The notes under the pieces were generated by a model. That model was not told the origin of the DNA, searched no databases, and was given only the letters and a program-made list of their open reading frames with translations. From contig CAXBOF010000001.1 of NCBI GenBank assembly GCA_963977205.1, forward strand, positions 1 to 42,124: a stretch of 42,124 nucleotides of DNA, read 5' to 3'. Shown piece by piece: positions 27,401 to 34,581 of the stretch. The first letter of the stretch is position 1, and each line of letters begins with the position of its first letter. A program made the position numbers and the translations under genes. This stretch comes from an uncultured Phycisphaera sp. (GTDB lineage: Bacteria > Planctomycetota > Phycisphaerae > Phycisphaerales > UBA1924).

Positions 27401-28869
27401 GCAACAGCGCGGCGGGATCGTACATCTCGGGCATCTCGGTCCTCGGAAAGCCCGCTCCGGCCGTGACGTACCTCGGCAATGCGGCCGATGGCGATGCTCC
27501 GTACCTGGTCATGTCCGAACCCGACACCGCCAGCGCATACCTCGGCGACGTGGGGTTTGTGTTTAAGGTGCCGGACGATCCCTCCGAGCCCATTGGACTG
27601 GTTGCATCGATGGCCCGCACCATCGGAACGCAGCGGATTGAGCAGTGCGCCCGGAGCGACTGTTCCACCATCCGAACCCGGTCAGCGTCCGATCGGTGCG
27701 CCGAAGCGGCAGTGTGCTCCCAGCGGGGCTGTCCGTGGGACCTCAAGGGCCCGGGGTGCACGGACGACCCCGACGGGCCGTGTTTTCCCTTTTGCACCGT
27801 GGTGCTGACCAAGTGGGGAATCGGGTGTGCCAGGGGGTTCTCAAACGCAACCTTCCGGTACGCCATTGCGGCCGATACCGAGACGCAGCACGTGCCACAG
27901 ACCGGCGCCACGTACTCGGGCATTTCGATAGTGTCCGTGGCCGTGACGCCCGACACCCAGAGCTGCATCCTCAGCCGACCGCCGCTGCGCAACGAGACGT
28001 GCGCCCCCGACGATCCAAATCAGCAGTGGCTCATTGACGAGTCTTCCGGCGTTTCCCGGCTGCATCCAGTCCATCGGCCCTTTACGTGCATGATGATGTG
28101 GGGCGACCCCGACATTACCATCTCGGACGAATACGACAACGCCACCATCGGGTTCTTTCCGTGTCCGCCGTGCGACGTGGGCGTCGAAGAGACGGTCGAT
28201 GTGTGCGACGGGACTGCCCCCACGTACGAAGAGGCCGTGTGGTACGATACGCCCCCATACGAGACGCTGCCGATTCCAGTCTCGTACGACGACCACATCG
28301 TCGTGGCCGCCTTCCCCAACGGCAGCTGCCTGCTTCATTCGGGAGACGTGTGGGCCGACTGCCGCACCGAGTGCATCCGGGACGTTCCGGCCGAGATGTG
28401 CAACGGGACGGACGTGAAACCGGCCGGGGGACTGCTGCAGGCGTGCCGGCACGACGGATCTGTGGCCGCCATTGTCCGCCGGCAGTGCACCACGGGCGGC
28501 CCGATTGTACAGCCGCCGTCCGGATCGGGCGCCAGCGCCTCGTGCTTCCAGGGCTACTATCACATCTCGGCACACGGCCGCGGATACGTGTCGGGCGCGG
28601 CGACCATCAACGGCGTTTCCGTCACCATCTTCACATCGCAGGCCGTCATACAGCCCTACGACGAGTCTGCGGCCGTTGTGGGCGTCGGCGTGGACGTCTT
28701 TAACATTTCGGCAGTCACGGCCCTCTTTGGGCAAGCGTTCGAGCGCAATCTGTATCCGAGCAACAAGAGCACCGCCATCTACCTGGTGGCCGCCGTGGTG
28801 GCCTTTGCCCTCGGCATCATCATGCTCGTGATGGCCATGGTCAAACTCGCAAAGTCAAAGCAGGACTAG
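21495..28869 (+). CDS. Giant Cys-rich type I membrane glycoprotein, 13 exons, about 2248 aa: join(21495..22045,22098..22284,22344..22390,22440..22896,22947..23150,23202..23231,23286..23663,23725..24323,24367..24844,24897..26112,26166..26425,26478..26723,26776..28869)
   Basis: The coding signal hops between all three frames at 12 GT(GC)..AG introns, and every junction is phase-consistent. N-terminal signal-like MAAILAAAAVAV. About 27 N-x-S/T sequons counted by eye, many Cys. C-terminal TM IYLVAAVVAFALGIIMLVMAMV followed by KLAKSKQD. The junction near 24324..24390 and the GC-AG intron 23151..23201 are unresolved. Confidence 0.8.
22046..22097 (+). other. Intron 1 of giant glycoprotein gene, 52 nt
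   Basis: GTGCGT...CTGACtctgccgCAG, phase 2, frame 0 -> 1. Confidence 0.8.
22285..22343 (+). other. Intron 2, 59 nt
   Basis: GTGCCA...CTGACtgccgcttTTAG, phase 0. Followed by a 47-nt exon. Confidence 0.6.
22391..22439 (+). other. Intron 3, 49 nt
   Basis: GTGAGT...CCTGACggcccgCAG, phase 2. Confidence 0.7.
22897..22946 (+). other. Intron 4, 50 nt
   Basis: GTGCGT...CTCATtcgcctCAG, phase 0, frame 1 -> 0. Confidence 0.8.
23151..23201 (+). other. Possible GC-AG intron 5, 51 nt, in-frame and retainable
   Basis: AAG|GCGAGC...CTGACggcaccgCAG. Retention would insert ASRRATVAVPRHLTAPQ. No GT donor fits the phase. Confidence 0.35.
23232..23285 (+). other. Intron 6, 54 nt (follows a 30-nt exon)
   Basis: GTACAA...CTGAGcccgcccgCAG, phase 0. 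Contains the in-frame stop 23271..23273, so it must be removed. Confidence 0.7.
23664..23724 (+). other. Intron 7, 61 nt
   Basis: AAG|GTTGGC...CTCACgcgcccgCAG, phase 0, frame 0 -> 1. Confidence 0.6.
24324..24390 (+). other. Intron 8, boundaries unresolved (43 nt to acceptor 24366, or 67 nt to 24390)
   Basis: A frame 1 -> 2 switch is required somewhere in 24272..24390. Only donor GTTTCT at 24324 is phase-compatible with either CAG. No CTGAC motif is present. Confidence 0.3.
24845..24896 (+). other. Intron 9, 52 nt
   Basis: GTGAGC...CTGACtgcagcggcgCAG, phase 0, frame 2 -> 0. Confidence 0.85.
26113..26165 (+). other. Intron 10, 53 nt
   Basis: GTGCGC...CTGACggctccgCAG, phase 1, frame 0 -> 2. 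Confidence 0.85.
26426..26477 (+). other. Intron 11, 52 nt
   Basis: GTACGC...CTGACcccattgccgCAG, phase 0, frame 2 -> 0. Confidence 0.85.
26724..26775 (+). other. Intron 12, 52 nt
   Basis: GTGCGG...CTGACggcgcgccCAG, phase 0, frame 0 -> 1. Confidence 0.85.
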
Positions 28870-28912
28870 TGCCAATGCAATCCCGCTACATTACCGGCGC
28901 TCGAGGCACCGC

Positions 28913-29801
28913 CTACCCAAAGAGGAACCACGCCAGTGCGAGTACTCCGGCCGAGACTGCGAAAAACTCGAATGCCGTGTACATGAGGTCCTTGGAGGCT
29001 CCGGTGTCGGTGACGCCCTCGTAAAAGCGCGTCTCGTACGCCCGGCCAAAGAGCCCGCCCGTGTACCGGTCCACGGAAAACACGGTGCCCGCATCGCCCG
29101 TTGGGGCCTTGGCGTCCTGGTACACGGCAATGGTTTCCGACCCATTGGCCACCCACTCGTCCTCGCAGGCGGCGACTGCAACAAGCGAGTTTACGGCACT
29201 CAGGCCGGCGCACCGCACGCTGAGCCGATCCACGGGGGGGATGATGACGGCGTACGCGCCCCGGACGTTGACGAGCTCGAGGCCGACGCCCACCAGTGGT
29301 CCGAATTCACCGACGCGCACGTTCTCGATGTGCACATTGGGCCCCGTCACCTGCGGTGGATCAGTACCGCGGCTGTACGGGTGCGGCGTGTGCGCGGAAC
29401 TGCCGTCATGTTCTGCACGGTACACTTGTTCGTTCCGATGAGCCACGAGCCCGTCGCCAGCGTCACGTTCACCATGGCTCCGTCGCACCAGTACTCTTTT
29501 GACCCAAGCGTATCCGTGACCGAATCTCCGTCGCCTGTGGGCCCGTCGGTCAGCACGAGGCGCACAGTCCCGAGTCCGCGTGCCCACCGTATGTGATGCC
29601 GGTCGATGCGTTTGCGACCGTTATGGCCACAAAGCTGTCGGGTGCCACGGCCACAATGTCGGTCGTGTCGACGCATCCGCGCCCCCCGGGGACTGCAGGC
29701 GGCCTGCACGTTCCATCCCAGAAGCAGACGCTGGTGGCAAGGCTGACGACGATTGTACCGACCCCCGGACTCACCGAAGTTGTGCATTCGGGAAACCGCA
29801 T
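28913..29801 (-). CDS. Type I membrane glycoprotein, complement(join(28913..29350,29401..29534,29588..29801)), 261 aa
   Basis: Three minus-strand frames are joined in phase by 53-nt (GTGGGC..CTGAC..CAG) and 50-nt (GTTCCG..CTGAT..CAG) introns. Sequons NAS, NVT, NMT, NGS. C-terminal TM FFAVSAGVLALAWFLF. ATG lies 28 nt from the shared TATA at 29830..29836. Confidence 0.7.
29351..29400 (-). other. Intron, 50 nt (minus strand)
   Basis: Minus-strand GTTCCG...CTGATccaccgCAG, phase 0. Confidence 0.75.
29535..29587 (-). other. Intron, 53 nt (minus strand)
   Basis: Minus-strand GTGGGC...CTGACcgacgggcccaCAG, phase 1. Confidence 0.75.
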
Positions 29802-29829
29802 GTTCCTGCATTCCTAGTAGAATCGACGC

Positions 29830-29836
29830 ATATATC
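29830..29836. promoter_or_regulatory. Bidirectional TATA element (ATATATC)
   Basis: 28 nt from minus-strand ATG 29801 and 18 nt from plus-strand ATG 29855 (kinase). Confidence 0.5.
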
Positions 29837-29854
29837 ATCACAACCTGTCTGCCG

Positions 29855-30937
29855 ATGGACTCGGGCACAGACTCGGACAGTTCGGCCGGGATGGTCGCGC
29901 CGTCTGGATGGCAGGATCTTGTCCAGATCGCGCCCGGGGTACACGCGGCCACCGGGCGGGACGGCAGAAGGGTGGTCATCAAGGCGTTTTTGCCCGATCA
30001 CGACTACCGAGATGCAAACCTGGCGGCCGCGGGCATTGGGGCGCTACTCTTGCCGGACCAGGGCAAATTCGATCCGAACACAGTTGTGCCAAATCTAGTC
30101 TTTACGGGCAGGGAACCTCGCCAGTACCCTCCCTGCAAAAGGCTCGGCACCAGCGGACTCGTGTACTGCGATGCCGAGCTGACTGACGAAGGAGTTGCAC
30201 TTCCAAACACTCGGAGGCGATCCGTCGTCGACGACGATACTGGCACGGAGTACGTCCCCAAAGCAATTCGCGTGCTCCCACTGCACACCCGTGACATTTC
30301 AGTCATCTCAGAGTGCCTGGAACAGTGCCGACTGCTCAAGCCGGGGAGCGAGGATGTCACGATTGTTTTTGAGTGGCTGTGCGACCTGGCCGAGACGCTC
30401 TCCGATTATGGGGTGCATCTGACCGACCTCAAGGCGGACAACATGGTCTGCACTCGGCCGGCGGGGAAGCTGCAGCCAAAGCTGATTGACTGGGATCAGG
30501 TTGTGCACTATGGCATTGGCGGGGACTACAGGCGCGAGGAGCCGCGTTCGTGCACCACCTTCTTCAACTACGTGCACCTGATGCTGGCGAATGACCCCGA
30601 CCGGCTCCACACGCTGCTAGAGTGCGGGGCGGCGCGGACGGTGTACGAGGCGGGACTCGCGACGCTCAAGTTAGTATTCGACCCATCGGGCCGCGCCTCT
30701 CCGGAACACCCGCCGGTGGCCAAGGCATACCTGCCCCTCGAGGCGCTGACGACTGCCAACATTGCCATGTGCGACCCTCGGCCGCCCACCGTCCGGCCTG
30801 CGCTGACCGCCGACCGCAGGTACGCGATACAGTACGGATGGAACCTGCCGCCCGAATTTGGAAACCTCGACATGGAGTACACGTGGGCGTGGGTCGCAGT
30901 AGATCCGACGTTTGCAGCTGCACCCATGGCGCTATAA
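29855..30937 (+). CDS. Protein kinase-like protein, 360 aa
   Basis: RVVIKAF (VAIK-like Lys), VHLTDLKADNMV (HxDxKxxN catalytic loop), KLIDWDQ (DFG-position). Start moved to ATG 29855, downstream of the TATA at 29830..29836. Confidence 0.75.
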   Translation: MDSGTDSDSSAGMVAPSGWQDLVQIAPGVHAATGRDGRRVVIKAFLPDHDYRDANLAAAGIGALLLPDQGKFDPNTVVPNLVFTGREPRQYPPCKRLGTSGLVYCDAELTDEGVALPNTRRRSVVDDDTGTEYVPKAIRVLPLHTRDISVISECLEQCRLLKPGSEDVTIVFEWLCDLAETLSDYGVHLTDLKADNMVCTRPAGKLQPKLIDWDQVVHYGIGGDYRREEPRSCTTFFNYVHLMLANDPDRLHTLLECGAARTVYEAGLATLKLVFDPSGRASPEHPPVAKAYLPLEALTTANIAMCDPRPPTVRPALTADRRYAIQYGWNLPPEFGNLDMEYTWAWVAVDPTFAAAPMAL

Positions 30938-31109
30938 GGATTAGACACGCCAGTGCCAACCGCGCGCCCTCTATGGATGATGCAACAGAGTGCAATCTGC
31001 TGTGCAGAGCGCTTGCGCGATGGGCGTGGGTCACAGTAGATCCGACGTTTGCAGCTGCACCCATGGCGCTATAAGGATTAGACACGCCAGTGCCAACCGC
31101 GCACCCTCT
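30884..31109. repeat. 89-bp direct duplication of the kinase gene 3' end plus downstream sequence
   Basis: 30884..30972 and 31021..31109 differ at 2 positions. The spacer is 48 nt. Confidence 0.9.
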
Positions 31110-31141
31110 GTGAAACAGGGCAGAAGCATCCCCGCTTTCAG

Positions 31142-32448
31142 ATGGAAAAGAAGACGTACATCATCTCATGGAACGCCATCGCGGCGGCGATCCACTTTGG
31201 CGTCGCAGGATTCGTAATCTCGGAGGTCGCCGGCGGCGCTTTCCGGGTGCCAGTGCATCCGCTGACGCTCGCTCCAGGTGTACCAGCATCCGTGGGAGGC
31301 CCCCTTTGTCGTCCAGTATTCCCAGTGGAATCAGACGGGCGATGAGCGGTGCTCGGCCGAATCCCAGTGCCTCATCGCGCAAGCCTCGGTGCGCAAAACG
31401 CGTCTGCCAGGGCGCGCCCGTCCTGACTGGACCACTTCCGCAGATTGACTGGGGCACGGCCAATGTCGGCATGATCGTGGGTCGGATGCCCTGCCGCCAG
31501 CCCGCCCGCCCTGACGCGCTGCAGGTGCCATTCTTCAGCGTCATCTCCGGGGCCCATCATGCCGCCGTCGCCGTGTGGGTCGGTTGGGAGGGGGTCGATG
31601 CCTACCTCAAAATGGCCAAACGGGGCAACTGGCTGCGGGCAGTTGACTATGCACTCTCGTCGTCCCTGATGCTCGTCGTCACATCCATCCTGTTTCGGTC
31701 GCCGCCCGACGTGCCAACCCTGATGCTCGTGGCTGCAGTCCAGAGCGCCATCATCCTCATCGGGTACCTCCTCGAACGACTCCAGTACCGCCAGACCACT
31801 ACGGAGGAAAGGCAACCGCTTTTATCGGGCCAGGGAGACGACATCTCTACAGTGGACACTGCTGCGATTCAAGGCGATTTGACCGCGGATACGACGTCCG
31901 GGAAGCAGGCCTTTGGCGTGTGGATCCCGTTTGCGGCGTCGATGCTGATTTACGCTTTGGTGTGGACCAGCCTCCTGATCCCTTTTCACTACGCGGTGGA
32001 AGATGCGCCGACGGCGGTGGTGATTTTCATTGCGAGTCTTGCGGCACCCGGTGCGCGGCGAGGTCTGACTGTGGCCGCTGCAGGTCTACCTGGTGGCGAC
32101 GTTCACGCTCTTCCCGATCGTGTTTGTGTTTGGGGCGCCGGGACTGGGTCGCGAGACGGGCTTTCTGATTCTGAGCATGCTTGCCAAGGTGGGCAGTCCT
32201 GTGGCGGCACTGCGGCGACATTGCACGCTGACCGCGGCGCCCAGGTTCCGCTTCTGATGCTCTTTTACTTTGGGATTGTGGCGCGGTCGGGGACGGTTGT
32301 GTTCGAACGGCTGGAGGGTGCATTCAACACGACCGGCTCGTCCTCGTCCGCCAGCGACACCGAACTGTACATCGCGTTCGGCGCCTCTATTGCCGTCGTG
32401 ACCATCGTGGCCATCCTGATGTGGGGGACCAGGCCGAACCGAAAGTAG
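31142..32448 (+). CDS. Heliorhodopsin, 6 exons join(31142..31225,31278..31388,31444..31476,31525..32040,32084..32188,32245..32448), about 350 aa
   Basis: The spliced product aligns by eye with heliorhodopsin 48C12 (recalled from memory). AIHFGVAG matches GVFHLLQ. SGAHHAAV matches SALFHFIV. NWLRAVDYALSSSLMLVV matches NIFRWVEYSLSSSVMIVL, with Asp at the counterion position. RETGFLILSMLAK matches GERAYIVLSLVAK, the Schiff-base Lys (codon 32186..32188). That lysine exon is in a different frame from the long track ORF. The junction at 32017..32083 is unresolved. Confidence 0.85.
31226..31277 (+). other. Heliorhodopsin intron 1, 52 nt
   Basis: GTCGCC...CTGACgctcgctcCAG, phase 0, frame 2 -> 0. Confidence 0.7.
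31389..31443 (+). other. Heliorhodopsin intron 2, 55 nt
   Basis: GTGCGC...CTGACtggaccacttccgCAG, phase 0, frame 0 -> 1. Confidence 0.75.
31477..31524 (+). other. Heliorhodopsin intron 3, 48 nt, in-frame and retainable
   Basis: GTGGGT...CTGACgcgctgCAG, phase 0. Removal deletes VGRMPCRQPARPDALQ and gives VGMIVPFFSVISGAHH, which aligns with the heliorhodopsin TM2 region. Confidence 0.65.
32041..32083 (+). other. Heliorhodopsin intron 4, donor unresolved (GC-AG 43 nt shown; GT donors at 32017 or 32020 are alternatives)
   Basis: Acceptor CTGACtgtggccgctgCAG at 32083 is required to enter the frame encoding the lysine exon. Only phase-0 donors work. The consensus-looking GTGCGC at 32051 is out of phase. 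Confidence 0.3.
32189..32244 (+). other. Heliorhodopsin intron 5, 56 nt
   Basis: AAG|GTGGGC...CTGACcgcggcgccCAG, phase 0, immediately after the Schiff-base Lys codon. Returns to frame 1. Confidence 0.85.
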
Positions 32449-32587
32449 CCAACGACACCCTAACCACGACACTGGTTGCGCACGATGTTCGCATTGCCAC
32501 GACCGCCGAGTCGAGGGCAGAGGCGCGCTCGTTTGGGCGGCGTAGCAGTAAAGGTACATCCACGGCCGGTGGCGCCCTGTGCCGACT

Positions 32588-33532
32588 CTACCGCACCAGC
32601 ACTCCTGCGTCCTCGAGCATCCGCTGAAACTCGTGCGGGTACGGGATCTGCGTCATGCCCTGGAGTTCGTCGACCAGACGGCACGCGGGGGCCACTCGGC
32701 GGATCACCTCTGCACAGTCGGCTCCCAAGGGATACGGCCCAAGGCTGTACGAGCACGGCTTTGCGCTGCCGCACGCCACGCAGATTGCCTTGCACGCGTA
32801 GGGCGCCTGCTCGACAGTGTACTCTGCAACCATGCGCCGCAGCTCCTCGACTTGTTCCGGAGTCTTGGGCGGACCTCGGTGCAGCGGACCGTCCAACTGC
32901 GCCCGGCATACGGCGGGCACCGCTTCGGCAATGCCGTGTTCTCGCACGGCCTCAAGGTACTCGGCCCAGTGCGGGCTCAATCTCAGCACCGTGAGCGACG
33001 AACTACCGTCGACCATAGTCTCCCAGTTCAGCCCCACAATCATCCGCCAGAGCAGCGCTGCGGCGCGACGGTCCAACGCAGTCGCCGTTTCCAGCGAGAC
33101 GTGCGTGTTGGTGACCAAAAAGCCGTTCCTCCGCTCGTCCGGCCGGCCCGCGGTGGGCTCGAGGAGCAGGCCCGCCCCAGGGGACAACCCAGACGGCTCC
33201 CTGATGACCAGCGCAAAGCTCGCCGAGATCTTGCCCGCGTCGCCATCCTGCACGGGCACGCACACCATGTGCCCAGCCTTGGTATCCTCAAACTCGGGAG
33301 CGTCCGCTTCGCCCCCAGGCTCGGTCCTGGCCATCGTCTCGGCGCTGCACACTGACGAACCCGTGTCGGTGTCGGTCGAAACGCCGCCCTCGTCCTCGGA
33401 GCTGGACGTCTCCGATTCAGACTCTGACGATTCAGGCTCTGACGAGTCGCACCGCTTGAACTTCCGGCGTCCATCGCCGCTCTTGGCCTTCCTCTTGAGC
33501 GTCCGGCGGCGCTGTTCACAGAGTGGCGGCAT
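32588..33532 (-). CDS. Hypothetical nuclear protein, 314 aa
   Basis: Start at ATG 33532 (MPPLCEQRRRTLKRKAKSGDGRRKFKR, NLS-like), followed by an acidic Ser-rich tract (SSEPESSESESETSSSEDE) and a globular C-terminal region. The rest of the 561-aa track ORF is antisense to the RING gene. Confidence 0.65.
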   Translation of the reverse strand: MPPLCEQRRRTLKRKAKSGDGRRKFKRCDSSEPESSESESETSSSEDEGGVSTDTDTGSSVCSAETMARTEPGGEADAPEFEDTKAGHMVCVPVQDGDAGKISASFALVIREPSGLSPGAGLLLEPTAGRPDERRNGFLVTNTHVSLETATALDRRAAALLWRMIVGLNWETMVDGSSSLTVLRLSPHWAEYLEAVREHGIAEAVPAVCRAQLDGPLHRGPPKTPEQVEELRRMVAEYTVEQAPYACKAICVACGSAKPCSYSLGPYPLGADCAEVIRRVAPACRLVDELQGMTQIPYPHEFQRMLEDAGVLVR

Positions 33533-33712
33533 GCAGAATTGTGACCCGGTTCGATTTCTGGGTTCACGATGCGGATTCGCGGTCTTCTGCAAACCGGGCA
33601 CAGCAGCCCGATCGTCCGGTCCCGCCCTAAGGTCGGCGCAATCCTGGCGAATGTCCAAAACCGGCCCAGATGTCAAATCTGGAATTCGAACCCGCCACAA
33701 TTTCAGTCTGCC

Positions 33713-34438
33713 ATGGAAGTAACCCCGCAGATGCTGTTCGAGGAGTCTGGCCTTGACGAGGGACAGCACGGCCCCCTGCTGCCGGCGCGGTGCAAGAGGA
33801 GCGCTTCCGAGTTCGATGCCGAGGCCGAACCCGAAGGGGGTGCTGCTGCCGAGGTCGGGACCGACGTGTACACGAACCGGGTCATCGCCGAGGTCGAGAC
33901 GGACTCTCCAGAGACGACGCTTGACCGGCGAATGGAGCAGCTTGCCGCTGCCGACGCGCAGCACGCAGCAGAGGCACACAAGAATCTTGACGAAGAGCAC
34001 ACGGAGCGGAGGAGGGCCGCTCATAAGGGACTGGACAAGGACCTGCTGGTGATTGCGCAGAGTCCTGGGCCGGAGATGAGCGGCAGGCTGCAGAAGCGGA
34101 TCCGGGAGGCTGACGAAGAGGAGCGAGAGGACGATCGGAAGCTGGCCATCGGAAAGGCCGCCATTGCCCATGCGCAGGGACGGATGCCGGATTGGCCCAC
34201 CGTGGCGAACCTTTTGCGCTGCCCCGTGCTCATGCAGAACACGGCGGATCCGGTCAGGCTCACATGCGGGCATACGGTGGACAGGGGCGTCGCTCGAGAG
34301 CTGTACGCCGCGTCGGAGGGGGTCTTTCCGTGCCCCGTCTGCAGGACGCCGAACAAAAGGCCAATCGCAAAGACGGGCGCCCGGAGGGATCCGCTGCTCG
34401 CGAGGCTGGTACGGGCGCTGGTGGGGAATGCGGTGTAG
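33713..34438 (+). CDS. U-box/RING-like E3 ligase-type protein, 241 aa
   Basis: C-terminal LLRCPVLMQNTADPVRLTCGHTVDRGVARELYAASEGVFPCPVCRTP carries the CP..M.DPV...CGHT U-box/SP-RING-type signature ending in CPxC. The N-terminal half is acidic and coiled-coil-like. Confidence 0.7.
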   Translation: MEVTPQMLFEESGLDEGQHGPLLPARCKRSASEFDAEAEPEGGAAAEVGTDVYTNRVIAEVETDSPETTLDRRMEQLAAADAQHAAEAHKNLDEEHTERRRAAHKGLDKDLLVIAQSPGPEMSGRLQKRIREADEEEREDDRKLAIGKAAIAHAQGRMPDWPTVANLLRCPVLMQNTADPVRLTCGHTVDRGVARELYAASEGVFPCPVCRTPNKRPIAKTGARRDPLLARLVRALVGNAV

Positions 34439-34479
34439 ACGCGCAGTGTAAAGGTTTGCTCGGGCGCCGCCGGGCAGGG

Positions 34480-34559
34480 TTCGTCGGCAGATGGCTCGAC
34501 ACTGGCACCAAGAATTATTTTATTCGATTCGTTGGCAGATGGCTCGACACTTGCACCAA
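34480..34559. repeat. Two 32-nt direct repeats flanking an AT-rich core in a convergent intergenic region
   Basis: TTCGTCGGCAGATGGCTCGACACTGGCACCAA at 34480..34511 and TTCGTTGGCAGATGGCTCGACACTTGCACCAA at 34528..34559. Between them lies GAATTATTTTATTCGA. Confidence 0.85.
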
Positions 34560-34581
34560 TCGGGCTGGCGCCACGGTATAA

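Noticed and set aside
31481-31524. 44-nt intron using donor GTCGGA in the heliorhodopsin gene
   Set aside because: It breaks the reading frame and runs into a stop within about 40 codons. The 48-nt version from donor 31477 is phase-correct.
32051-32083. 33-nt intron using the consensus-looking GTGCGC donor in the heliorhodopsin gene
   Set aside because: It has the wrong phase for the lysine-containing exon and is implausibly short compared with all other introns.
33640-33705. tRNA-like fragments (GGAATTCGAACCCGCC and hairpin CCAGATGTCAAATCTGG) in the divergent spacer
   Set aside because: No cloverleaf can be built on either strand. The T-arm-like box has no complementary stem and lies on the wrong side of the hairpin on the minus strand. 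The loop lacks U33 and purine-37.
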